A stretch of DNA of 64,000 nucleotides. It comes from Malacoraja senta (taxonomy: Eukaryota). Below, piece by piece: positions 26,486 through 39,700 of the stretch. The stretch's first letter is position 1. Every line of letters begins with the position of its first letter. A model generated the notes under the pieces. The model did no database searches, had not been told where the DNA came from, and was given only the letters and a program-made list of their open reading frames with translations. The position numbers and the translations under genes were made by a program. The DNA is taken from positions 8,248,001-8,312,000 of the forward strand of contig CM075994.1 of NCBI GenBank assembly GCA_038087875.1, given 5' to 3'.

Positions 26486-26680
26486 ATCATCAGCAAGGGC
26501 AAGGTTGTGAAGATGGGCTACGTGCACAAGTCGGAGCTGACCAAACTCACTGTGCCACTGAGCTTGGAGATGGTCCCTTCCTTCCGCCTCATCCTCTACT
26601 ATTTCATCAGTGTCGGCGGCAAGACTGAGATGGTCGCAAACTCCGCCTGGATTGATGTGAAAGATGTCTGCGAGGCGGAG
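26486..26680 (+). CDS. c4: Complement C4-like, exon J: IISKGKVVKMGYVHKSELTKLTVPLSLEMVPSFRLILYYFISVGGKTEMVANSAWIDVKDVCEAE
   Basis: cgtag| ... |gtacga; 195 nt, phase 0 to 0. PSFRL..YY and VANS.W.DV.D.C motifs. Confidence 0.93.
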
Positions 26681-27178
26681 GTACGATTAGAAGCATAAAA
26701 TTGTCCCAATGTGTGTGTGTAGGTGGGTGTGTAGGGTAGTGTGAGTGTGCGGGGATCGCTGGTCGGCACAGACTCGGCGGGCCGAACGGCCTGGTTCCTT
26801 GCTGTATCTTCACATAGAAACATAGAAAACAGGTGCAAGAGTCGGCCATTCGTCCCTTCGAGCCAGCACTGCCATTGAGTATGATCATGGCTGATCATCC
26901 ACAATCAGTACCCCATTCCTGCTTTCTCCCCATACCCATTGATTCCGTTCGCCCTAAGAGCTAAATCTAACTCTCTCTTGAAAACATCCAGTGAATTGGC
27001 CTCCACTGCCTTCTGTGGCAGAGAATTCCACAGATTCACAACTCTCTGGGTGAAAAAGTTTTTCCTCATCTCAGTCCTAAATGGCCTTACTGTGACCCTG
27101 GTTCTGGACCCCCCAACATCGGGAACATTTTTCCTGCATCTAACCTGTCTAATCCCTTAAGAATTTTATGTTTCTATA

Positions 27179-28092
27179 AAGATGGCGGATGTGCAGGAGT
27201 GGGCACCGTCTGTGTATGGCAGCCTGCCCGCAGTCCGTCTCTTCACCTTTTTTTATTTTAATTTCTTAGTCCTGTCAAAAAAAATTTAGTTGGAGGTCTT
27301 TTATGTGGTGGGTTGGGGAGGGGAAGGGGGAAACTTTATTTCCCAGTCCCCTACCTGGTCGGAGAGGCGGCTTGCCTCCGAGCTGCTTCTTCGCCCCCTT
27401 CAAGACTGGAGCTGCTTCTTCGCCTACCATCAAGACTGGAGCGGCGTTTTCCTGTCGGGGCTGGCCGGGACTACATCTTCAGCGGCGTTACAGCGCTGGG
27501 ACACCATCAGGGAGCGGGCGATGCCTTACCGGGTCGCTGGGCGGTAAGCTACGGAGTGCTGTGGCTGCAACATCAAGGAGCTGTGGCTGCGGGCGTCCGG
27601 CTGCAGGCGGCGCTGGATTTGGAGCGTCGCGGAGCCTGGGATCGAGTTCGCTGGGGTCGGAGCTCCAATCCGACGCGGCCTGAGGACTTCGGGTGCCCCG
27701 GTCTCCGGTCTCCGGGAAGGAGGCGGCCGCTCCAGACTTTCCAAGCCGCTGAGGAATGTTTCACCCGACGCCGGAGTTCCATCTTCACGGCAAGAGGGCC
27801 CTGAAAATCATCGGATTGGCTGCAAGGCCACAAATGGGCCCCGACCTCGGGTGTTTCACAGAGGAAGAGGACTTAACTTTCTGGTGCCTTTCCCCACAGT
27901 GGAAAATTTTGATTCTGCTGTGGACGTCTGTGTTGAACTCTATAATATGTTGTGTCCATTTTTTCTTTTTTAACCTTTTTCTATGGTTTGTATGGAAACT
28001 TATTATAGATTTTATGTAAAGCGCTTTGGTGTCAATGTGAGTTGACTTAAAACATGCTATATAAATAAAACTTACTTACTTACTTACTTACT
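27179..28092 (+). mobile_element. Non-autonomous retroposon with GC-rich body and L2-like 3' end with (CTTA)n tail. Related bodies at about 32640-33440(-) and 45700-46095(+)
   Basis: Starts aagatggcgg; ends gtaaagcgcttt...ctatataaataaaa(ctta)n; shared cagtccctacctggtcggaga block. Confidence 0.6.
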
Positions 28093-29769
28093 AAAATCCA
28101 TCTGTATTTCAAGAAGCATGTCGTTTGGAATTGCAGATGCTGGTTTACACCGAAGATAGACACAAAGTGCTGGAGTATCTCAACAGGTCAGGCAGCATCT
28201 CTGGAGATAGATACAAAGTGCTTGAGTAACTCAGCGGGTCAGGCAGCATCTCTGGAGAGAAGGGATGGGTGACGTTTTGGGAAGAGACCCTTCTTCAGAC
28301 TGAGGGTCAGGGGATACATAGATATGGATGGGTAAGATGTGAAAAACAAACATCAAATGGGATGGAGAGCAAATGTAGAATAGATCATTGTTAGCTAGGG
28401 GAAGGTGATAACGAGGTATACAAAGAAAAAATGTAATCTGGACCTCCAGCATTTTGTGTCTTTAACTTAGAGGTGAAGTGATCTTATGTGCAGGAAGGAA
28501 CTGCAGATGCCGGTTTAAACCAATGATAGACACAAAAAACTGCAGTAACTCAGCAGGACAGGCAGCATCTCTGGAGAGAAGGAATGGGTTACGTTTCGGG
28601 TCGGGACCCTTCTTCAGACTGGTTAGGGATAAGGGAAACAAGAGATATAGATGGTGATGTAGAGAGATAAAGTACAATGAATGAAAGATATGCAACAAAG
28701 TAACGATGATAAAGGAAACAGGCCATTGTTAGCTGTTTGTTGGGTGAAAACGAGACGCTGGTGTGACTTGGGTGGGGGAGGGATGGAGAGTGAGGGAATG
28801 CCGGGGTGATCTTATACCTGTAATAGTCCTTCTAGCAATGACCAGAACAAGAATAAACAGCATTCTGATTTTCTCAGTCATACAGCAGGAAACAGGCCCT
28901 TCGGCTCAACTTGCCCGTGCCGACCAAAATGTCCCATCTCCACTAGTCCTCCCTACTTGTGTTTGGTTCATACCAACAGGGCCTGTTTCCATGTTGTAAG
29001 ACTCTGTGAGTTGGCCAAAGGGCCTGTTCCAGAAACGTCGCCCATTCCTTCTCTCCAGAGATGCTGCCTGTCCTGCTGAGTTACTCCAGCATTTTATATC
29101 TACATTCGATTTTTACCAGCATCTGCAGTTCTTTCTAACTGTTTTCAACCCTTATGGTTCGGTGACTCTATAAAAGTGTGTTAATAGAAATAATATTCAA
29201 AAATCCCAAAATGCCTGCCCACCACTATCAAAGTCCAGAACATTCAGGATTATTGAAATATTACTGTATGTAAAATACTGTATTAGGGTGGCATGGTGGC
29301 GCAGCTGTAGAGTTGCTGCCTCACAGCGCCAGAGACCCGGGTTCGATCCTGTCTACGGGTGCTGTCTGTATGGAGTTTGTACGTTCTCCCCGTGACCTGC
29401 GTGGGCTTTCTCCGAGATCTTCGGATTCCTCCCGCGCTCCAATGATGTACAGGCTTGCAGGTTAATTGGCTTGGTGTAAATGTAAAAATTGTCCCTGGTG
29501 TGTGTATGATAGTGTTAGTGTGCAGGGATCGCTGGTCGGTGCGGACTTGGCAGGCAGATAGGGCCTGTTTCCGCGCTGTATCTCTACTTAGAAACATAGA
29601 AACATAGAAAATAGGTGCAGGAATAGGCCATTCGGCCCTTCGAGCCAGCCATTCAATATGAATAGATCGGTTAGACGCACAGAGTCTCTTGCCCAGAGTA
29701 GGGGACTCGAGGACCAGAGGACATAGGTTTAATGTGAGGGCGGGAAAGATTTAATAGGAATCTGAGGGG

Positions 29770-30548
29770 TGTAGCGGCACCAAACGTGGTGAATAAAGTT
29801 GAGACATCAGGCCGGTTCAAAGAGTCGTTTATTCAGTGGTGACACGTTAGGTTGGTGCTAACTATAATAACAATGTTGCTGTAGCTGAGCGAGGTTGTTC
29901 ACTCAGGCTCAGCTACCGGTTGAATACCTTAAGGTCTCGAGGTGAGATGACCTTAAGTACCAGGACACTCCCTCTAGCCCATGACGTCACGTGCCCGCCC
30001 TCGTACTTCCTGACGAGGGTTCGAGCATAAGTGGCCCGTGTATAGGCTGACGCCACAGGACGCCCCCCAGAACCGGAGGAAGGAATAGCATGGTCGAGGG
30101 CGGCTACTGCATCGGTCCCCTCGCACCCCTCGGTACCTCGGGATCGCCCACGCAGAGCGTTACTGCGCCCGTGGGCCCTCCGTCCCGACCCACGCCCGGG
30201 GTGTCCCAGACCCACATGCAGTAGCCGCCCTCGACCATGCTATTTCTTCCTCCGGTTCTGGGGGGGGGTCCTGTGGCATCAGCCTATACACGGGCCACTT
30301 ATGCTTGAACCCTCGTCAGGAAGTACGAGGGCGGGCACGTGACGTCATGGGCTAGAGGGAGTGTCCTGGTACTTAAGATCATCTCACCTCGTATTCAACC
30401 GGTAGCTGAGCCCGAGTGAACAACCTCGCTCAGCTACAGCAACACTGTTATTTTAGTTAGCACCAACCTAACGTGTCACCACTGAATAAACGCCTCTTTG
30501 AACCGGCCTGACGTCTCACCTTTATTCACCACTTTTGGTGCCGCTACA
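29770..30548. mobile_element. Fold-back element made of two inverted Gypsy-type PPT+LTR ends
   Basis: Arms 29770-30112 and 30216-30548 are reverse complements. Each holds a TG...CA LTR (29770-30057 on -, 30272-30548 on +) preceded by a G-run PPT. Near-perfect 4-bp TSD gggg/tggg inside a CR1 fragment. Confidence 0.85.
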
Positions 30549-30843
30549 TGGGTAACTTTTTCACACAAAGGGTGGTGGGTGTATGGAACAAGCTGCCAGA
30601 GGAGGTCGTTGAGGCTGGGACTATCCCAACGTTTAAGAAGCAGTTAGACAGGTACATGGATAGGACAGGTTTGGAGGGATATGCACCAAATGTAGGCAGG
30701 TGGGAGTACTGTAGCTGGGACATGTTGGCCGGTGTGGGCAAGTTGGGCGAATGGCCTGTTTCCACACTGTATCACTCTGACTCTATTCCAGAAAAAGGTA
30801 AAACATCAATGCTGAGATTCTGCAATTTTTCTGTCCATTGTAG

Positions 30844-30993
30844 ATTGAGATCAACGTTGAGCGGAAGGACTATCTTCCCGATAGTAGCACAGATATAACG
30901 ATTCAAATGGGAGATGCAGGACAAGCATCTCTCGCGATGGTGGACAGCGCAATCTATATCCTCAACAGCAAGAATAAACTTACAACCAAACAG
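30844..30993 (+). CDS. c4: Complement C4-like, exon K: IEINVERKDYLPDSSTDITIQMGDAGQASLAMVDSAIYILNSKNKLTTKQ
   Basis: tgtag| ... |gtacgt; 150 nt, phase 0 to 0. LA.VD.AIY.LN.KNKLT motif (MG6 to linker). Confidence 0.92.
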
Positions 30994-32264
30994 GTACGTT
31001 TAGTTTAGTTTAGTTTATTGTCACGTGTACCGAGGTACAGTGAAAAGCTTTTGTTGCGTGCTAACCAGTCAGCGGAAAGACCATACATGATTACAATTGA
31101 GTCATTTACGGTGTACAGGTTCATGGTAAAGGGAGTAACCTTTAGTGCATGGCAAAGTCCGATCAAAGATAGTCCGAGGGTCTCTAATGAGGTAGATAGT
31201 ACAGCTGGGAAGATTCTGTCCCTGAATCTGGAGGTGTGCGTTTTCACACTTCTCGATGGGAGAGGGTAGAAGAGGGAGTGGCCGGGGTGAGACTGGTCCT
31301 TGATTATGCTGCTGGCCTTGCCGAGGCAGCGTGAGGTGTAGATGGAGTCAATGGAAGGAAGGTCGGTTTGCGTGATGGTCTGAGCTGCGTTCACAATTCG
31401 CTGCAATTTCTTGCGGTCTTGGACGGAGCTGTTCCCAAACCGTGCTGTGATGCATCCCGATAAAATGCTTTCTATGGCGCGCGATTCGCCCATATCACTC
31501 TCAACGTTCCGGTCCATCAATCTGCTCAAGTGTCTTTTAAATGTTGTCGTAGTCCCAACCTCAACTACCTCCTCCGGCAGGTCAACCATACACCCATCTC
31601 CCTCATTGTGGGAAAGTTACCCTTCAGGTTCCTATTAAATCTTTCCCCCTTCACCTTAAACCTATGTCCTCTAGTCCTTGATTCCTCCACCTTAGGTAAA
31701 AGACTATCTATTCCTCTCATGATTTTATACACCTCTATAAGATCACCCCTCAGCCTCCTGCGCTCCAAGGAATAAAGTCCTAGCCTGCCCAACCTTTTAC
31801 ACGATAGTTCAGGCCCTCAAGCCCTGGTTGGATGGACATGGGGATGAGCGGACCAAGTTTTTTTAAACAAGGGGTGGTGGGTGCCTGGAACGCGCTTCCA
31901 GGGGTGGTGGTGGCAGATAAGATAGTGGCGTTTAACAGGCTTTCAGATGGATATGGAGGGAAATGAATCAAGTGCAGGCAAATATCAATAGACAATAGGT
32001 GCAGGAGTAGGCCATTCGGCCCTTCGAACCATTCACCGTGATCAAGACTGATCATCCACAATCAGTACCCCGTTCCTGCCTTCTTCCCATATTCCTTGAC
32101 TCCGCTATCTTTAAGAGCTCTATCTAATTCTCTCTTGAAAGCATCCAGAAAACCGGCCTCCACTGCCCTCTGAAGCAGAGAATTCCACAGATTCACAACT
32201 CACTGGATGAAAACATTTTTCCTCATCTCAGTTCTAAATGGCTTACCCCTTATTCTTAAACTGT

Positions 32265-35200
32265 CATAGTGGCAGCATGCTGTAAAGGTTGCAAATTCGT
32301 TTGCTCCCTTAACTTTTAACTTTCACTTACCACTCTTTCAATGTTACTTGTGACTACTTGACTTCAAGGCACGGTCTAACTTTTCATAAAGTGTTGATAA
32401 CATTTTTACACTCCTTAATCGTGAAAAGGATGGAGACAAGAAGGAAAGGAGGCTCCCCAAGGAAGGAACAGGGGAAAGCCACAGCCACAGCCACAGCATC
32501 TGACTCTAGTATCATAGAAGCAATATTGAAAATGAACGATGAATTGAAAAATGAAATGAAAACAAGATTTGGCAGTTTGGAAGAATTGGTGAAAGGAGTT
32601 TCGACCAAATTGAAGGAAGTTCAAGGAAAGCTGTATGTTACAATCCAATCCAATCCAACTTTATTTGTTAAGCACTTTAAAACAACCAATGTTGACCAGA
32701 GTGCTGTACAGAAAAATAAATAAAAAATAAAAAAAGGTAGAATAAAAAAGACACGACACACTATTAGAGATTCAACACGAACACCCCCCCACAGCAGAGT
32801 CGACACTCTCCACTGTGAGGGAAAGGCACCACAATGTCCAGTCCTCCTCCTCTAGTCCACCCGAGATCGGGGCCAGTTTGAGGGCTCCGCAGCAAGTCGC
32901 CGCAACGGCAGTCCGATGTTGTAGGCCCACCCGCCGGGAAGCTGGAACACCGGCATCGGGTGGAAAGTCCTCAGCAGCTTGGAAGTGTCTGGAGCGGCCG
33001 CTCCCTCCCCGGAGACTGCGACGCCCGTAGTCCTCAGGCCGCGCCGGTTGGAGCTTAGACTCCGACTCCGCGATGTTCTCGACCCAGCGCCGCCCGCCCT
33101 CGGCGGGACGCCCTCAGACCGCAGACCACAAACCGCAGACCACAAACCGCAGACCGCGGCTGCTTGATGTTGGTGGTTGGCGGTCACAGCACTCCGGAGC
33201 GGCGACCCGGCAAGGCATCGCCCGCTCCGTGTTGGTGTCCCAGCGCTGTGCCGCCGAAGCTGTGGTCCCGGCAGGAACGCCGCTCCAGCCCGATGGAAGG
33301 CCGCATGGGGAGAGCGAAGATGCGATTTGGAGGAAAACCGCATCTCCGACCAGGTAGGACTGGGGTTGAAACAGTTTCCCCACCCCCCACCCCCCACAGA
33401 GAAAGAATAGACCTCCAAATAAAAATGATAGACAAAAAAAAGCTTGTAACTATAATTAAAAAAAAACAAGATGAACTTTGTGAACAAAAGGAACAAATTG
33501 ATAACTTGCGAACCCTGGGCCAGGAGAGAGATTTGAAGATTGAAAAACTGGAACGGAGAATGAATGAAAATACTCGAGCACTTCAGCAATATAAGACTAA
33601 AAATATGGACCTAGAAAACAGAAGCCGTCGATTGAATTTACGAATTGTTGGTTTGCCGGAAGGTCAAGAAGGAGATAATGTTATAAAATATGCTTTTAAA
33701 ATGATAAACGAGACTTTCAACATTGAGCACAATGAAAATCTTCCGTTTTTGGATAACGCACACAGGATTGGGAAGAAATCTGGTAATAAACCGAGACACT
33801 TGATTATTCGGTTTCACTTTTTGCAAATGAAGGAGAATATTCTCCAGGCAGCAAAAATGTTGGGCGTGGTTGAATATGAAGGATGCAAGTTTCGGTTTGT
33901 TCCTGATTATAGTTACAAGCTTTTGGAAATAAGAAAGTCCTTTCATAATGTAATGTCTGATCTGTTGAAGAAAAAGCTACGCCCAGCCTTACTTTATCCA
34001 GCTGACCTGTGTATACGACTTTTCAATGGTAACACTCGAATTTTTAACAATCCTCAAGACGCTTCCAGCTTTTTGGAGAGTTACGAGGGTGAAGGGGAGT
34101 AATTGATAGCTGATTAAGTTATAATTGGAGATTTACTGTTCCTATTTTGACAACATATCGTTTGGTAATGATTAAGAATTTAACTGGACGAGTTATTTTT
34201 CTTTTATATATACTAATTTTTAAGAACTTCTTTGTTAATTTGTGTTCCCCTGTCGTTAGACAAATTAAGGGAACGCAGTTCTTGTTTTTCATATTTTGAC
34301 CTTGGATAATAATATGTAGCACTCGCTCTTCGGTTCCATTGCCAGCATGTATTTTTTTTCTCTCTTTCAAACGATAACAATGAACGTGTTATGGCTATGG
34401 AGTGGAAAAATATGATCTCTATATCGGGTGTTGTTGCTAGGAGAGATGGGGGTTGGGACGGGATTGGGTAGCTTACTGACTGTCTATTGGTCAGTTTGGG
34501 GCTTTACATGGGGGGGAGGGGTCTCTTGTTTCTTATTTAGTGTTCTTCATTTGTGCAAAATCTGAACTACAAAAATGTCTGAAATGTCGTCACTTCTGGC
34601 TCCGTCCGCCCTAGATTTTTCTTCTTCCAGTATCATGAACTATTAGGCTTTAAGAAATTAACCCTTTACATCCCAAATGATTTTTACAAGCAATATGGAT
34701 AACGTTATTAACTTCCTTTCATGGAATGTGAATGGCTTGAACCATCCCATTAAGAGGATTTTTTTTTTAATCTCTTCGCAGACTAAATGCTCAGATTATC
34801 TTTGTTCAGGAAACTCATGTAAGGCAAGATGACAATCAACAATATTTCAAGTTTTGGAGAGGACAGCGGTTTCATTCAAATTCACAGGCTAAGGTGAAAG
34901 GAGTCTCTATTTTTATTGACTTCTCAATTCCGTTTGTTCATTTAAGCGACTGAGTCCTGAAAAGCGCTATATAAATAAAATCTATTATTATTATTATTAT
35001 GAAACAATTTCTGATCCATATGGCAGATTTTTGGTGATTACTGGTGTTCTTAATAAGCAAAAAGTTGCTATGGTGAATGTTTACACACCAAATATTGATC
35101 ACCCTGAGTTTTTTTAAACAGTTAATTGCATCCTTTCCTAATTTAAATGAACACTTTTTAATAATGGGTGGAGATTTCAACTGCTGTCTGAACCCCTTGA

Positions 35201-36748
35201 TTGACAGATCTACATCTGATCATGTGCTTCCAAATAAATCAGCTAATTTTATTCATTCCTTTTAATTGACTGGAATGTTAGAAGTTTGGAGATTCTTACA
35301 CCCAAATGACAAAGAATTTTCTTTTTTCTCTCATGTATATCATAGTTATTCTAGGATAATTTGTCGTCTTTTTGGAAACATATGGTGCAAAACAGGTGTA
35401 AAAGCTAATCCGTGACTGCGGATGGTCAAGATTATAAATGATCTCCTTACTTCTATTTTCTTTTCTTCTCTTCTCTTCTTTTATTCTCTTTCTTCTATTT
35501 TCTATGTAATAAAATAAGAAAAAAAAAAAAAAAAAAAGATTGACTACTTTATAATAGATTCTCGGCTAGTTTCATTGGTCACTGCATGTGAATATGATGC
35601 AATTGCTATTTCTGATCACGCACCATTGAAACTATCAATCAAACTACCTGATTCCTGATTTAGTGCTAAACAATGGCGATTTAATGCTACTTTGCTTCAA
35701 GACAAACTTTATTAATTTTATTAAAGATCAGATTGCTTTTTACTTCATGACAAACTCTACTGAAGAAATATCCAATGGTGTAGTTTGGGATGCTTTTAAG
35801 GCATATATTCGTGGACAAATTATTTCATACTCCGTGGGATTAAAAAAACAAACTCAAAAAGAAATACGTACATTGGCTGACGAGATTAAAGAAATTGATA
35901 AAAAAATATTCAAAAGCTCCTAGTTTAGAGCTCTATAAGAATAGAGTTGAACTTCAATTGAGATATGATTTGTTATTAGTATCACCGATTAAGAACCAGC
36001 TACTTAAAACCAAAAGTCAATTTTATGTACATGGCGAAAAATCTGATAAATTACTCGCTAATCAGTTGAAAGCGTTGTCGGCCAAGCATCAGATTACTTA
36101 AGTGAGTAAATGGGATGGTACACTAACTGCAGACCATGATGAAATTAATAAATCCTTTCAGGAATTTTATACCTCCCTATACCAATCAGAAAATCCTACT
36201 GATTCCAATATAATGCATGAGTTTTTAAAGAAACTGAACTTACCAAATTTACCATACAATGAGTCTCTGTTGTTAGATGAACCCATCACGGAAGATGAAA
36301 TACAGAAAGCAATTATTTCAATGAATTTTGGTAAAGCTCCCGGTTTAGATGGGTTTACAGTAGAACTTTAAAAGTATTTTTCACATTTATTGTCTCCCTG
36401 CCTATGCAAGGTATTTAAAGAAGCCTTTTTAAGGAATAGATTACCACAATCTTTTTATGAAGCATCTATTTCTTTAATCCTTAAAAAAGATAAAGACCCT
36501 ACTGAAGTGACATCATATAGACCTATATCACTGTTAAATGTAGATTTCAAAATTCTCCAAAATATTAGCTATGAGATTGGAAAATATTTTACTGCAAATT
36601 ATCTCTGATGATCCGACAGGTTTTATTAAAAATCGTTACTCATACTTTAACGTTAGGAGATTAATGAATATTGTATATACAGCGTCAAATAAAATCCCAG
36701 AATGTGTCATTTCACTTAATGCCGAGAAGGCGTTTGATGGAGTAGAAT
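32265..36748 (+). mobile_element. L1 retrotransposon 5' portion (ORF1, ORF2 endonuclease and start of RT), decayed, with nested insertions
   Basis: ORF1 DLENRSRRLNLRIVGLPEG...LYPA. ORF2 starts at ATG 34695 with SWNVNGL, GGDFN, SDH, SYRPISLLN and AEKAFD. Stops and frameshifts throughout. Confidence 0.9.
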
Positions 36749-39700
36749 TGGAAGATTAAACGCGAACTTACCAGTTTGAAGTTTGATCTTTATTTTATGA
36801 GGAGTTACGATGAGGGATTACGTGAAGAAGCACGCCAGCCTGCATGCGCGTCAACCTTCAAAGCAGCGGTGTGAAATCGCAGAAACTGTTGTTGAACTGA
36901 TTATAGGAAGATTCGAGAAACTAGAACTACCACATGACCTTTATGAGAAGAGGGTTGGGAGCGGAGGGCACGTAACTCCTCATAATATAAAGATCAAACT
37001 TCAAACTGGTAAGTTCTCGTTTAATCTTCCTATTTTACTTCGGAGTCACGCAAAGTAGTGTTAACACAATGTTAATATCCCATACTTCCGTGTACCTGGG
37101 CTTGGGAGAATTTGCGTTAAAGATATCCTTCATAAATCTGGATATCAGAGGGTGAGACCCGACAGAGTGGGTCCCGATCCCTGCTGCAAATATGATGAGA
37201 AGGCACTTTTGGCACAGTTAATGGCACTATAACTTAATTTTTTTGTCAAAGAACCATTTGAAAATGAACTCCAAGACGTCAGTTATCCGTGCCATATTAT
37301 ATGTTATATTAGCATTTAAACAAAACACTTCCCATCTCCGGATGAGGTAATGTACTGCTTTTTGGTGCTATCCCTCCAAGCTGCAGTTATCATGACCATG
37401 GTTTGGTCTGACAACCCGAGCCCCAGGAACGGTCTTCTTATAGTCTGCAAGTCAATAAATTGATTCTATCATGCAGAGGGTGGCTTCCCGAGTCACGGGA
37501 TGAACCAGCAAATTTTTGTGTTTAGAAATAACCATATAAGGTTCTATTATCATTCCCAACATCAGCGGGAACCTGAAGCGGAATCTTGCTGGATTTTTTG
37601 CAAGACCCGACTGATGAGGCAAAATGGAGGAAAGGCATAAAAGAACATTCCTCCTCAGTGTAGCGAGAATGCATTCATCGCCACTTCCCCTGGGTGTGGC
37701 TCCCATGCCACATATTTTTGCAACTGGTGATTGAGCCTAGATGCAAACAAATCGATATTCGGTGGTCCATACCGAGCAACAATGTCATTAAATACTTTGT
37801 GATCCAACATCCATTCTGTGTTATCATTAAATTTAAGTGATGATACACCAGTGCCAAATGAGGTTAGCTAAACTATCACAGGATACTGACTTGATTCCAC
37901 CCATGTGATTAATATATGCCACCGCCGTAGTGTTATCAACTTGTAGATGAACATGCAGATTATGCATATTCCCACAATAAGCCTTTAACCCATAGAATGC
38001 CCCTAGTATCTCCAGGTAGTTGATACCATATAACTGAAGAATTGGTAACTCATGCACATCCCATTTGCCTCTGCAACTAGAGATGGTATTAGTAGTTCCC
38101 CATCCTTGAGCACTAGCATCAGTTTGTAATATAACTGAAGGTTTACTGACCAAATGTAACTGGAGCAATGTTGAATATTGGTCGTCCACCATTGTAATTC
38201 TGATAGCTTCAGCTGGTAATAGCATAGGTCTGTTAAAATGACCTAAAAGGTACTTGAGAGCTTGCTCCTTTGCACATTGTAAATTCTGATAATGCAAAGG
38301 CCTAAATTGCGCAGCAGGAAAAACAGCCACTATATTGCCAATTACACTAGCCACCTGGCAAATAGAAGGCTGCTTCATAACAACAAGGTTGTTACAGGCT
38401 TCTATTAATTATAATCTCTTGCCGCAGGGCAGATTCACAGGCATATTAATAGAGTAAAAGGTAAATCCAAAATAATCAATAACTCTAGGTGGTATCAACT
38501 TAGATTTTTAACTGGATAAATGAGAAACCCCAATTTCTCAAATATGAGTTTCGTCGCTGAAACAGCTAATTTAGCCAAATACAGTGTTGTAGGATATCAT
38601 CCAGTTAGGCCATAACACTGTGTTTTTGAACTCTGAGCAGCCCAAGCACCGGCTTTAGTAATTTAGTAAATAACCTGGGAGCTGAAGTTAGCCCATTAGG
38701 CAACGCTTTAAACTGCCATAGTTGCCTCATCCAGCTAAATTTCAAATATCTCCGGTGATCCCTGAATGGGAACTGAATAGGATGCATCTTTGAGATCGAT
38801 GCATGCCATAAAGCATCCTTTGGGAATCAGTTGTCAGGCAGTAACAAAGTTTTCCATTTTAAAATGTCTATACTGCACATGTGAGTTAAGTTGAGTTAAA
38901 TCAAGGATGATCCGACATCCTCCATCTTACTTTTCTGGAGGCGCAGGGGTGTTATCGCCGAAACGGTGAAGCTTTGCTCATCGTGGGTGCTTTAATTAAC
39001 CCAACAGCTTTTGCTTCCTCTCGATTACCCCTGTTGTGTGTAATTTATGAATTTCTGCTTGTATGTCCAAACCTTCTTGTTTGGAATGAATAAAGGCGAC
39101 TTGGTGTATGTTGTATGGGTGGCAATGAGTTAAGAGGAAATTCAATTTGGAACCCTTGTATATTGAGCAGTATAAACTGGTCTGATGTTATCCACCTCCA
39201 TTTGTGCAAAAACAAGTGTAATCTACCACCAATTTGTAACTGATCCACACATCCCATGTTCCGGAAAGAACCAGACCCATCTACCTCCATGGTTACCGGT
39301 GGTCTTATGGTAGGCCCCAAAGGCCCCTGATACGGGTTCTATTTCCGTCCTCGAGGTTTGGAGGATAGAAGTTCGGGTGTGCGGATTGCGCATTCTCCAT
39401 GAAGGCCGGCTTGGCTCTTGGCCTAAAAAAGACCTCTGCCCAGAGAAATCAGCTTTCGAGCTACCACCAGCTTCAGCGAACCACTTACTGCTAATGGAGG
39501 CGTAGGGGTGTTGTCGCCGAAATGGTGAAGCCTTGCTCATCGTTGGTGCCTTGATTAGCCCGAGAGCTTTTGGTTCCTCATCCAGGTTTTCAACCTGTTT
39601 GGGTACATCTTCCCCGAAGAGAAGATTCGGCGGCTGGACATTGCTGGCCTTACAAATTTGGGTTTTAAGGCAGGTCTGATGGCGTTCTTCCGAAAGCAGT

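Noticed and set aside
33164..34102. 312-aa ORF as a novel fusion gene
   Set aside because: Chance read-through from an inserted retroposon into the rear of L1 ORF1.
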